Source of the DNA: Nitrosopumilus sp.
GTDB taxonomy: Archaea; Thermoproteota; Nitrososphaeria; Nitrososphaerales; Nitrosopumilaceae
Reading direction: 5' to 3'
Assembly (NCBI GenBank): GCA_965218695.1
Contig: OZ244651.1
Location: forward strand, 1,888,001 to 1,952,000
DNA: 64,000 nt
Part shown: one piece after another, positions 29,166 to 38,388 of the stretch
How positions within the stretch are numbered: the stretch's first letter is position 1
How the letters are laid out: every line of letters starts with the position of its first letter
Made by a program: the position numbers and the translations under genes
Notes under the pieces: generated by a model
What the model was told of the DNA's origin: nothing
The model's input: the letters and a program-made list of their open reading frames with translations, nothing else
The model's database searches: none

Positions 29166-31988
29166 CTAGTTGCGGCGGCTTATCCTTTTGCGGACCGTGT
29201 GGACTGCCAGGATTGGTCCTGCCACGTATACTCCTCCAATGGCTGCAATCGAGAGCATGCCAAAGACCAGTATCGAGACTTCAGAGCCTGGGTCTGCAAA
29301 CGTCATGATGTTCATGGTGTACAGTCCCGGCGTGATTAATGCCAGTACGGCATCCCTGAATAGCGGGTTCTCCCTTTCAAGGTCTGCTATTGCAGGCGAG
29401 AAGGAGTAGTATACCTGGTTGAATCCTGTCATGAACGACGTTCCGGATGCAGTGGAGAGCAGTGTGTTGTCCCTGATTTCACGGAGGAACTGTACCTGTG
29501 GCGCAAGCTCACTGCCGTATGTGGCAGTCGCAATCAGGCATCCGCCGTCGTCATCAGGAGGCACAACCTCTGGGGGCTCAGTCACATCTGGGGGCGTAAC
29601 CACTGGAGGAACTAATACCTGTATGATGGAGTTGCTGCCGGCGTCATAGGTTCCAAGGAACACCCATTCCTCGTTTACTATTGCCCATATGTCATAGTTT
29701 GCCTGGGCAAGATCACCTGCCGCATTCAGTTTGTCTGATCCCAACGCGCCCATGCGCTCTGCTGCGACATCGGGAATCGCCTTGGTCAGTACATCAACAT
29801 CGGTACTCTGGGTTGCCTCCATTGCAAGTCCTAGAATCCAGACTGCGTCATATGAGGCGCTTGCATAGGCAGTAGGAGTGTTTCCAAGGGTTGCAGCGAC
29901 GGATTCATCCACATGCGTGCTGATGTCGTTCTGGCCAGAGGCCACCACTACGGCGGTAAACTCGGTGTTGGTTGAGAATTCCAAGGCAAGTGGATCCTCG
30001 ATGAATCTTGGATCCTTTGCGCTGGCATCTGCGCCAAACCATCTAATTTCGTTTAGTATCTCATGGCTCTGTGCCGACTGGAAGAACAGCACTGCCTCTC
30101 CGAATGCAATGTATACTACGCCCACATTCTCTGCGCCATTCTCATCAACATGTCCCTGCACTATGTCTGCCAGAATGGATGCCTCGGTTGAAAAGTCGCT
30201 TGCCTCAGGGTTGTAGCCGAATCCGTCGTCGACTGTTCCTCCCAGTGCGGGGACGGACTCACGAAGTGCGTCCTGTAGTCCCACGCCCCATGCGTCCTCC
30301 CTCCATATCGGAACGACTACATCAATTCCGTTGCTCTCTAGGAGTTTTGCTATTGCAACTGCCTGGTTGGTGTCGTCAGGGACTGTCCTGAAGATGCTGT
30401 CGCCCTCGATTGCAAGTAGCGGTGATGTGGAACAGCAGCTGATGACCAGTATGTTGTTGGAATCAACGTATCCCTTTACGTTCTGCAGGCTTCCGCTGGA
30501 CTCTGGCCCTATCACGTGCTGGATGCCCCTTGCATGAAGAGCCTGCATCTTTTCAAGTGCTACGGTTGGAAGTGTCTGAGAGTCCTCAGTGGTTAGTGAG
30601 AGTGACCAAGATGCTCCCTTGTCCTCAAGGTATGCGTTAAAGTCGGCTATTGCAATCTGATGGGCAGCGTTATTCTCTGCTCCAAAGTTGGAAAGATCAC
30701 CGCTGATTGGGGCGATTGCGCCGATCTCGATCTCGCCGGACAGCTTTTCTTCCATCATCACGTCTGGCATGGCCTCAAGTTCGACTGAGTCGGTCAGGGC
30801 AAAGTACACGCCGAGCTGCTTCCACTGGCCGTCTGAAACCGTCCATACGTCATAGTTTACCTGGGCCAGGTCTCCGTGCTCGTTGAGTTCTGTAGAGCCA
30901 AGTGCGCCCATGTGCTCTGCTGCCACCTCTGGGAATACCGCAGTCAGCTGGGTGACGTCGGTGCTTTGTATGCGCTCCATGGAGAGACCCAAGAGCCAGA
31001 TTGCATCATACGCAGAACTTGCATACGTCCTGGGGGTCCTGCCAATGGCCTCCTCGACTGCCTCCTCGACGAGCTTGCTCTGGGCGTTCTTGCCTGACGC
31101 TACCTGGAGCGTCGTGAATTCGGTGGTGGTGGCAAATTCTAACGTGATTGGGTCGTCTATGATGACGGTATCCTTGGTGACGGCATCGGCACCGAACCAC
31201 TTGACATCATCAAGGATGTCATGGGATGCTGCGGACTGGAATAGAATCTGTGTCTCGCCGAATCCAAAGCTTGCGACGGCGACCTTGTCTGCGCCATGCT
31301 CGTCTACGTATCCCTGTACTATCTCTGCCAGAACGGACGCCTCGCTTGAAAAGTCGCTGGCCTCTGGGCTGTATGGTATTCCCTCATGGACTGTTCCTCC
31401 TACGGCGGGGAATGCATCACGTATGGCACGCTCCAGTCCCACGCCCCATGCCTCGTCCCTCCATATGGGAACGATCACGTCGATTCCCGCGTCCTGGAGG
31501 AGGCGGACCAGCGCGACTGCCTGGTTGGAGTCGTCAGGGGCCAGTCGGAATATGCTGTCACCCCCGGTTGCAAGTAGCGGCGATGTGGAGGAGGGGCTGA
31601 TTATCATTATGTTGTTAGCGTCGACATACCCCTTGATGTTCTGGATGTTGCCGCTGGACTGCGGGCCTATCACGTGCTGGATGCCCTTGGCATAGAGTCC
31701 CTGCACCTTTTCAAGCGTCACTGTGGGCTGGGTCTGGGAGTCCTCGGAGACTACCGAGAGTGACCAGCCTGCGTCCTTGTCTGCAAGGTACTGGTTAAAG
31801 TGTTCCACTGCAAGCTCGTATCCGATCTTGTTCTCCTCTCCGGATCTGGCCAGCTTGCCCGTGAGCGGTATGATTGAGCCGATCTCGATCTCGCCGGAGA
31901 GCTGGGCAGATGCGGATTGAGAAAATGCACTCATCCCTAACATGCTGATCACAGCGACTACGATAATTGCGTGTAACTGTAGTTTCAC
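29166..31988 (-). CDS. Double-domain PBP1 substrate-binding protein with CFI-box-CTERM anchor; domain order B-A
   Basis: Paralog of 25786..28575; its first domain is near-identical to the second domain of that gene. Confidence 0.92.
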   Translation of the reverse strand: MKLQLHAIIVVAVISMLGMSAFSQSASAQLSGEIEIGSIIPLTGKLARSGEENKIGYELAVEHFNQYLADKDAGWSLSVVSEDSQTQPTVTLEKVQGLYAKGIQHVIGPQSSGNIQNIKGYVDANNIMIISPSSTSPLLATGGDSIFRLAPDDSNQAVALVRLLQDAGIDVIVPIWRDEAWGVGLERAIRDAFPAVGGTVHEGIPYSPEASDFSSEASVLAEIVQGYVDEHGADKVAVASFGFGETQILFQSAASHDILDDVKWFGADAVTKDTVIIDDPITLEFATTTEFTTLQVASGKNAQSKLVEEAVEEAIGRTPRTYASSAYDAIWLLGLSMERIQSTDVTQLTAVFPEVAAEHMGALGSTELNEHGDLAQVNYDVWTVSDGQWKQLGVYFALTDSVELEAMPDVMMEEKLSGEIEIGAIAPISGDLSNFGAENNAAHQIAIADFNAYLEDKGASWSLSLTTEDSQTLPTVALEKMQALHARGIQHVIGPESSGSLQNVKGYVDSNNILVISCCSTSPLLAIEGDSIFRTVPDDTNQAVAIAKLLESNGIDVVVPIWREDAWGVGLQDALRESVPALGGTVDDGFGYNPEASDFSTEASILADIVQGHVDENGAENVGVVYIAFGEAVLFFQSAQSHEILNEIRWFGADASAKDPRFIEDPLALEFSTNTEFTAVVVASGQNDISTHVDESVAATLGNTPTAYASASYDAVWILGLAMEATQSTDVDVLTKAIPDVAAERMGALGSDKLNAAGDLAQANYDIWAIVNEEWVFLGTYDAGSNSIIQVLVPPVVTPPDVTEPPEVVPPDDDGGCLIATATYGSELAPQVQFLREIRDNTLLSTASGTSFMTGFNQVYYSFSPAIADLERENPLFRDAVLALITPGLYTMNIMTFADPGSEVSILVFGMLSIAAIGGVYVAGPILAVHTVRKRISRRN

Positions 31989-32011
31989 TATAGATTGTCA
32001 AATCTATTAGC

Positions 32012-32053
32012 TTAATAAGATTTGCTAACACATCAGCGTATTCTATTGTACAA
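32012..32053 (-). promoter_or_regulatory. TATA box and TTGTACAA palindrome of PBP gene 2
   Basis: TTAATAAG at 32012 and TTGTACAA at 32046-32053, conserved with the gene 1 upstream region. Confidence 0.6.
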
Positions 32054-32125
32054 GAATCATGTTATCTGAAGATACTCAGACGCGCTATCCAAGACTACTC
32101 CATACTGCACAGAATCAGGAAGGCA

Positions 32126-32330
32126 ATGAGGCCAAAACTGATTGACAAGTCCATGCGTTACGTCATTGGGCAGATAAAAAAGGCACGGACACGCATGCTG
32201 TGGCAAAGGAGGTGCGCGTGACGCGGCGGCATATCCATGTTGTGGGCATAGTATCTCAAGACAGGAACCGCTCACCAACAACGCCCTGCCAGCCGGCCAA
32301 GGAGTACAATCCCATCCCAATCGGATCGTC
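32126..32330 (+). pseudogene. Decayed IS481-like transposase 5' (HTH) fragment
   Basis: Across two frameshifts reads MRPKLIDKSMRYVIGQI/KGTDTHAVAKEVRVTRRHIH/LWA*YLKTGTAHQQRPASRPR. Confidence 0.55.
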
Positions 32331-32446
32331 ACGGGAAGATCATAGGTCATTTTTATCCTAGGCGGCATACGTCGGAGATCTTTTCCTCCGCAGTTGCCAC
32401 ATCGGTTCACACTCAAGGTGGTTGTTTGGCATGCTTTGTTCTTGCA

Positions 32447-32563
32447 CTAAACTCCCTTCCTGAACACTGGGTTCTCCCTTTCAAGGTACGTAATTGCAGG
32501 TGAGAAGGAGTAGTAGGTTTGGTTGAATCCCGTCATGAATGATGTTCCATAGGTTGTGGAGAG
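32447..32563 (-). pseudogene. Relic fragment of a third CFI-box-CTERM domain
   Basis: Translates LSTTYGTSFMTGFNQTYYSFSPAITYLERENPVFRKGV* versus LSTASGTSFMTGFNQVYYSFSPAIADLERENPLFRDAV in the intact genes. Confidence 0.88.
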
Positions 32564-32670
32564 GTCCCAGGTATTTGTTGTGCATGTGTCAGACCGTGAC
32601 ACGGTCAATCGATGCATGGTGTATGAAATCAGACAAGGTTTTTAGTTGTGCATGGTATGGTACCATTGAA

Positions 32671-33165
32671 ATGACACTCCAGAGCAGGACGACGGTGTAT
32701 GTGGCACTAGCCGGAATGTTTGCGCTGATGGGCGGAATCGTATATTATGCAAGTCTGGACAACGAGTCGCTGGAACAGGTCGAGATCAAGCTTGACAGTG
32801 TGGAGTTGATAGACGTAAACAATTTGAAGAACCAGGCAAAGCTTGACGTCGTCTTTCTTGTAAAGAATCCAAGCGAGAAGACGTTTACGGTTGCAGTTAT
32901 AGGGTATCAGTTGTATGGAGATGGAGAGGAGTTGGGTTCGGGCCAGTACTCCGTGGTGGACATAGCACTGCCGGGAAGAGCTGTCTTTTATCCGGGTGCC
33001 GAGGTTCCGTTGAAGAGCATCTTTGTACTCTCAAAGTCCGATGTGGGTGCAGAGACGTATGAGGCAATAATAAACAATGAGATCAGCAGCTTTACTGTAG
33101 AGGGAATGATAACAACGCAGACCTCGTGGAGTACCATTGACAAAGAGTTCAATACGGGAATCTGA
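32671..33165 (+). CDS. LEA type 2 (WHy)-like membrane-anchored protein
   Basis: N-terminal TM, VKNPS..I.YQLY.DG..LGSG; start reassigned to ATG 32671 because the upstream ORF extension overlaps the relic. Confidence 0.8.
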   Translation: MTLQSRTTVYVALAGMFALMGGIVYYASLDNESLEQVEIKLDSVELIDVNNLKNQAKLDVVFLVKNPSEKTFTVAVIGYQLYGDGEELGSGQYSVVDIALPGRAVFYPGAEVPLKSIFVLSKSDVGAETYEAIINNEISSFTVEGMITTQTSWSTIDKEFNTGI

Positions 33166-33173
33166 GTGAAGAG

Positions 33174-33247
33174 TGGGCCGAGTGAGATTCGAACTCACGA
33201 TCACCGCCGTGTCGAGGCGGTATCCTAACCAGCTAGACTACCGGCCC
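33174..33247 (-). tRNA. tRNA-Val(GAC)
   Basis: GGGCCGG/TCGGCCC acceptor, CCGCC-TCGACAC-GGCGG anticodon arm, GTGAG-TTCGAAT-CTCAC T arm. Confidence 0.96.
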
Positions 33248-33309
33248 ATTGAAGTAAATGGCCGGACGATGACATTATTAACGTTTAACGGAGAGGGGGT
33301 GCATCACGC

Positions 33310-34026
33310 TTGACGTCTGACTTTACCGAGGAGGAGAAGAGGGGATTCTACAAGACCGTCTACTCCAGGAGGGATGTAAGATCCAGTTTTACATCAAGGC
33401 CCATAAGCGACGAGGTTCTCTCAAGAATACTTCATGCCGCACACCACGCCCCGTCGGTGGGATTCTCCCAGCCATGGAACTTTATCCTGATAAAGGACAC
33501 CGGGACAAAGAGGGAGATCAAGGCATCATTTGAAGAGGAGAGGGACAGATCGTCAGGCATGGTACAGGAGGAGCCCAGAAGGTCAAAGTATCGCTCGTTG
33601 AAGCTGGAGGGAATCATGGAGTCCCCGGTAAACCTCTGCGTGACGTATGATCCTACAAAATTTGGCCCGTTTGTAATAGGAAGGACGAGCATTCCGGAGG
33701 CCGGGCTGTACAGCGTATGCTGTGCGATCCAGAACCTGTGGCTGGCTGCAAGGGCCGAGGGGATCGGAGTGGGCTGGGTCAGCATCCTGTCAAATCAGAC
33801 GCTGAGAAAGGTTCTGGCATTGCCAGAGCACGTCGTGCCGGTTGCATACCTGTGCCTGGGACATGTCAGCGACTTTGCACAGAGACCGGATCTTGAGACT
33901 GCTGGCTGGTTGCCAAGGCTTGATCTAAAGGACGTAATATACTTTGAGAGGTGGAACGACAATAAGGGCGAGGACTGGAACGGCATCCGGGAGATGATCA
34001 GGGACGGCATGGAGGACCGTATCTAA
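33310..34026 (+). CDS. bluB: 5,6-dimethylbenzimidazole synthase
   Basis: RRDVR, AAHHAPSVGFSQPW, LKLEGI, YSVCCAIQNLWLAARAEGIGVGWVS. Confidence 0.95.
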   Translation: MTSDFTEEEKRGFYKTVYSRRDVRSSFTSRPISDEVLSRILHAAHHAPSVGFSQPWNFILIKDTGTKREIKASFEEERDRSSGMVQEEPRRSKYRSLKLEGIMESPVNLCVTYDPTKFGPFVIGRTSIPEAGLYSVCCAIQNLWLAARAEGIGVGWVSILSNQTLRKVLALPEHVVPVAYLCLGHVSDFAQRPDLETAGWLPRLDLKDVIYFERWNDNKGEDWNGIREMIRDGMEDRI

Positions 34027-34031
34027 GATTC

Positions 34032-36146
34032 TCACATCTCGACTATTACGGCCGCCCTTTCAGACTTTTCCAGATCCAGCCGGATTGCATCCATGATCTT
34101 CGAAGAGGACGTAAGGCTGGAATAGTCAGAGAGTTTCAGATCGTTGAGGCAGAACACCTTGGGTGCAATCTCGGATCGCCTGGACTCCAGAAATTCGTCA
34201 AGTTCCTCGATTACCGATATTCTCCCTCCCTGCATGATCCTGCCGTTCTCCATGGTGAGCTTGGGTTTGCCGTACCTGTCCATCACCAGAATAAAGTGCC
34301 GGTTCTTTCTGCTGAAGAGTTTTTTGACCTCCACATGGCCGGTAAATACAAGATAGTGATCAGTCTCATAGCTCAGATCAATCAGATCCTCTGAGATTCC
34401 AATGATCTCGCTTGCCCTGATCCTTGCATCATCAAGTGTGAATATATTCTTTGATGTGTCCACACTATCCAATTCCACGTTTCCGACTGCAGTGACACGC
34501 AGCAGTGCCTTCTCAGGTATGTACTGGCTGTTAATTACTACGGATTCTGGAACCGCGCCCTTGTCCACCAGCATGGTATGAATCTTCTTGGTCACCAGAC
34601 CAATCTGTTCGGGGGTCGGATTATTCATGGTCTGTTCTATCTCCTCCTGAAGCATGGAGGATGCAACGCCGATGGAGGAGATCACGTCGGCGTGATCGGC
34701 CTTTTCATAGGAGAGCCCCATCTGCTTTGCAACAAACGGAATCAGAACCGACGCGCCCCCGCCCCCGCCTATCAGACGGACTGAGCTGCTCAGTTTGAAC
34801 TCCTTCATGATCTTGGAGATGGTCTTTGTAATCTCAAAGGAGGCAGTCTGGATTATGGACATTGCCGCCTCGTAGTATGACACGCCCATATGTCTTCCGA
34901 GTATTTTAAGGGCAGTCTTTGCAGATTCCTGGTTTCCAAAGGAGTAGTCGCCCGCGTCGATCATCTCAAGGGCGTTTGCCGCGCACGTGTTTGTGATGGC
35001 GTATGTTCCGTTCCTGCATCTGACTGCCACGTACTCCTCAATATCGTTCTCCCGGGGTTTTATTGAGATTATTTCCCCGGTCTTTAGGTCTTCGGGGTCT
35101 GCAAAGCAGGAGTATTTCAGGCCCGCAATGTGGGCGCTTCTTGGCCCCACCTGGGAGACCCTGTTGCTGCTCAGGGAGACCATGCTGCCGCCGGCAACCC
35201 CCAGAATCCGCACATCCATGGAACGGATACAGGTGGGATGGTTGCTCACTGTGACATAGCGGATCTCTGGTTTTCCGTTTCTGATTATGCAGATGTTCGT
35301 ACTGGTGCCGCCGACCTCGACAAAGATGCCGTTTGTGACCTTGAGGTAGAGCAGGGCGCCTGCGACGCTTGCAGCCGGGCCGGACAGGACCGTCAGGATG
35401 GGTTTTGTCCGAAACGTATCCATGCTGGTAACGCCGCCGTCTCCCTTCATTATCATCAGGGGCGCAGCAACGCCGATCTTCCTGATCGCCTCCTCAATAT
35501 AGTCTGCCACCTGAAACGTCTTTGGCAGGACGCTGGCATTTACTGCCGCAGTCAGGGTTCGGATCTCCAGGCCGTAGACGCCGGAGAGTTCGTGTGAGCC
35601 TGTCGAGGGCATGCCGTGCTTGGAGGAGGTGTTCATTACAAAGAGCTCGTTGGACGGATCGTCCACGCCAAAGGCCTCGGTTGCAACTATTACCTCGGCA
35701 CCCCTTGATTTGAGCCGGTCAACGGAGCCTGCCACCTCGTCTTCGGTGATCAGATGGGACGTGTCCAGAAACTCGTGGAATGTTGTAATGTTGCAGTTTG
35801 CATCTGACATGTTGCGGAGATCTGTGCGTTTTATTACGTCCTTTTTTGAGGGGCCGACGCCCATTGCTATTATCCCCACGCGGGAGGTGTCAGATTCCAG
35901 AAGGGCGTTTATGGCCTGCGTGGTGCTGTGCGAGATTAGCTCAATGTCGTTCATGTCGATTCTTGACTGTTTCAAAATGTCTGTAAGAACGTGCACTATT
36001 CCCTCAGAGACCCCTCTTTCTGACATGTGGGTGGTAGGAAGTGTGGATTTTGAGAGGATGGTGCCTGTCTTCACGTCGATGGCTACTGCCTTGGTAAACG
36101 TTCCTCCCACGTCTATGCCAACGCGGATTCTCTGCCTATCAGGCAC
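34032..36146 (-). CDS. Hydantoinase/oxoprolinase family protein
   Basis: GIDVGGTFTK, HSTT.AINAL, SGPAAS, EVGGTSTN, GGGG motifs. Confidence 0.9.
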   Translation of the reverse strand: MPDRQRIRVGIDVGGTFTKAVAIDVKTGTILSKSTLPTTHMSERGVSEGIVHVLTDILKQSRIDMNDIELISHSTTQAINALLESDTSRVGIIAMGVGPSKKDVIKRTDLRNMSDANCNITTFHEFLDTSHLITEDEVAGSVDRLKSRGAEVIVATEAFGVDDPSNELFVMNTSSKHGMPSTGSHELSGVYGLEIRTLTAAVNASVLPKTFQVADYIEEAIRKIGVAAPLMIMKGDGGVTSMDTFRTKPILTVLSGPAASVAGALLYLKVTNGIFVEVGGTSTNICIIRNGKPEIRYVTVSNHPTCIRSMDVRILGVAGGSMVSLSSNRVSQVGPRSAHIAGLKYSCFADPEDLKTGEIISIKPRENDIEEYVAVRCRNGTYAITNTCAANALEMIDAGDYSFGNQESAKTALKILGRHMGVSYYEAAMSIIQTASFEITKTISKIMKEFKLSSSVRLIGGGGGASVLIPFVAKQMGLSYEKADHADVISSIGVASSMLQEEIEQTMNNPTPEQIGLVTKKIHTMLVDKGAVPESVVINSQYIPEKALLRVTAVGNVELDSVDTSKNIFTLDDARIRASEIIGISEDLIDLSYETDHYLVFTGHVEVKKLFSRKNRHFILVMDRYGKPKLTMENGRIMQGGRISVIEELDEFLESRRSEIAPKVFCLNDLKLSDYSSLTSSSKIMDAIRLDLEKSERAAVIVEM

Positions 36147-38388
36147 TGTCTTCCACGTGTGATTTTCTCATTGATGCCAGACGTCTCTCTTTTCTGGGTT
36201 TCACTATCAGGACGTACGTTGATGCTACCAGATAGACACTAAGCAGTGCAATCTGGGCTATCACCGTCTCCAGTGTGGGGTATATTCCAGTCATCGTGGC
36301 CAGGTTGATGTCCAGTCGTGGAATGGTTCCAAACATTGCAGTGTATGGTACTATGTCCAGTATTTGAAGCTCCCTTACGGCGTTTCCAAGGAATGCAATG
36401 GACATGTATGCTCCAACGCCCATTGTAAGGCCGAACAGGGCGCGCAGGGGTAGCCTTCTTCCAAGTTTCCGCATCAGATAGTATATCAGGAACAGTACTG
36501 CCATCCCGGCAATGAATCCGACTGCCACGTATCCCTCCATGTATTTGGCAAATCCGGCTATTGCCTGGTAGAAGAGTACCGTCTCAAATCCCTCCCGGTA
36601 CACTGTGAAGAATGCCAGCATGACAAAGACCATCACGCTGCCGGTGGTGGTTGCCTGCCACACCTTTGCCTTGACAAACTCCATCCACTTCTTGTGCTCT
36701 ATCTTGTTTAGAACCCAGAAGCTGACATAGAAGAGCATGGCAGTTGCAGACAGCGCCGCAATGGCCTCTATGAGTTCACGGTTTGCGCCTGATATGCCTA
36801 TGACGTACGAGGCGATAAACCAAGTCACGCCGGTGGCTCCGATGGCTCCGATGACTCCGTAGTATACGTGTTTTTTAAAACGGGTGTTCCGTGATGCCTC
36901 AAGATACGTAAGAATGGCTCCCAGAATCAAAACCGATTCCAGACCCTCGCGGAATATTATGGCAAAGGATGTCGAGAACGCGATTATGGGTGCCAGCGTT
37001 CCTGTTCCGGTTACTAGTCGTTCGGACTCGTCCAGATTGCGCTCTATGGCAATTGCAACCTCGCGAACCTCCTCAAGATCGGCCTGTTGATTTATGAGGT
37101 TTCGCAGCGTGGCAAACTGGAACTCGACTTCGAGGGTAAAGTCAGGATCGATTGCCCTTAGTGGAATCTCCACGTACTCGTAGCTGTCAAGATATGCGGT
37201 TCGTGCAGACGTGTAGGCTGCCTGGTAGTCCCCTTTCTCGTGCTGAATCAGCATCTCCTGAAGGGTGACGCGGATAAAGTCAATCTCGCCTCTGACGCCG
37301 GATTTTTCCTCACTTGTCGCATCGCCCCTCTCCAGAAGGACTCTCTCCGGGACTATTTGGGTAAGTTCTACTGTACCCAGTTCTGACACCTTTGATTCGG
37401 CGAGGTCAAGTTGAGGCAGGATCGTTTCTTCTAGAAATTCCCGGATCTCCCCGGCGTCTTGGTTCTCCTTGATCATATCCCGTAGCACCTCTCTCATGTC
37501 CCACTCCAATGTGAAGAGTAGTTCGGAGTCGACCTTTTCAATGTCGGGTTCCAGATACTCAAAGTTTTCAAGATATGCTTCCACTGCCAGTTCCTCGGCT
37601 GCTACGTAATTCCCGTCATCTACGGCTTCAAGCAGTTCTACGTACAGGGTGCGAATTGTATCATAGAGTTCCTGTTTGTCATATGCGACCGGTTCGTACC
37701 CTGTAAAATCACGGTTAATTGCAGTGATCAGGGTTCCAACCGAGTGAAAGTCGTCCTTGTCCTGTATCTTCCCGCTGAGCTCTACTAGAAATGAAGAAAT
37801 CTCCTTGGTCAATCGGTCGTCGTAATCGGTGTTTGGGAATAGTTCATGGGCCCGTTCTGTCAGCGCCAAGGAAAGGTCATACAGTATCTGGTTGTCGTCT
37901 GTAATGGCAATCTGGTACTGTTCATCTACTACCGTCAGTATCAGGGCAATGGCCTTTCCATAATCAGGATTGATAGCCTCATACTGGCCTAGGAAACTCT
38001 CAGTTTTGTCAATATCCGAGATTGTCTGCTGGGGGTCCACAGTACCAATTTCGTTATGAATATCCAGCAGGAGCAGATGAATCTCGTCTGTGACGGCGGA
38101 GTTTGAAGCCCTTAGATTCTGCAGGTGTAGTGGAAAGATCTCGGTAGTGACCCTTGAAAGTGTCTTTGCATCTTCAGTACTATCCAGGTGTTGTTTGGTC
38201 AGATCCAGCGAGGATGACAGGAATTCGGAGATAAATAATGCGGACGTGTCGGACTCCGAAAAGTCTCCGGTGTCTGCATGAATATCAGTTTTAGGCACCA
38301 GTGCCAGTACAAGGAGAGATACGACGAATATTTGTGCGTAAGTTAGTTTGCGGGAAAGCAAGGTATGGAGAAACATGCATGAGGTCAA
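36139..38388 (-). CDS. FTR1-family iron permease with large extracellular helical N-terminal region
   Basis: REGLE and REGFE iron-permease motifs in a 7-TM C-terminal domain; exact start uncertain. Confidence 0.93.
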   Translation of the reverse strand: MTSCMFLHTLLSRKLTYAQIFVVSLLVLALVPKTDIHADTGDFSESDTSALFISEFLSSSLDLTKQHLDSTEDAKTLSRVTTEIFPLHLQNLRASNSAVTDEIHLLLLDIHNEIGTVDPQQTISDIDKTESFLGQYEAINPDYGKAIALILTVVDEQYQIAITDDNQILYDLSLALTERAHELFPNTDYDDRLTKEISSFLVELSGKIQDKDDFHSVGTLITAINRDFTGYEPVAYDKQELYDTIRTLYVELLEAVDDGNYVAAEELAVEAYLENFEYLEPDIEKVDSELLFTLEWDMREVLRDMIKENQDAGEIREFLEETILPQLDLAESKVSELGTVELTQIVPERVLLERGDATSEEKSGVRGEIDFIRVTLQEMLIQHEKGDYQAAYTSARTAYLDSYEYVEIPLRAIDPDFTLEVEFQFATLRNLINQQADLEEVREVAIAIERNLDESERLVTGTGTLAPIIAFSTSFAIIFREGLESVLILGAILTYLEASRNTRFKKHVYYGVIGAIGATGVTWFIASYVIGISGANRELIEAIAALSATAMLFYVSFWVLNKIEHKKWMEFVKAKVWQATTTGSVMVFVMLAFFTVYREGFETVLFYQAIAGFAKYMEGYVAVGFIAGMAVLFLIYYLMRKLGRRLPLRALFGLTMGVGAYMSIAFLGNAVRELQILDIVPYTAMFGTIPRLDINLATMTGIYPTLETVIAQIALLSVYLVASTYVLIVKPRKERRLASMRKSHVEDSA

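Larger units (their letters stand above)
25786..29548. repeat. ~380-bp near-identical direct repeat of the CFI-box-CTERM coding region (25786-26168 vs 29166-29548, offset 3380)
   Basis: First ~300 bp read as identical; a few substitutions after that. Confidence 0.93.
26216..31898. repeat. ~1.12-kb near-identical direct repeat (26216-27333 vs 30781-31898, offset 4565) encoding PBP domain B
   Basis: Visual alignment shows only scattered substitutions. Confidence 0.93.

Noticed and set aside
25786-31988. Diversity-generating retroelement (template/variable repeat pair)
   Set aside because: Differences between repeats are not adenine-specific, both copies are coding, and there is no reverse transcriptase in the window
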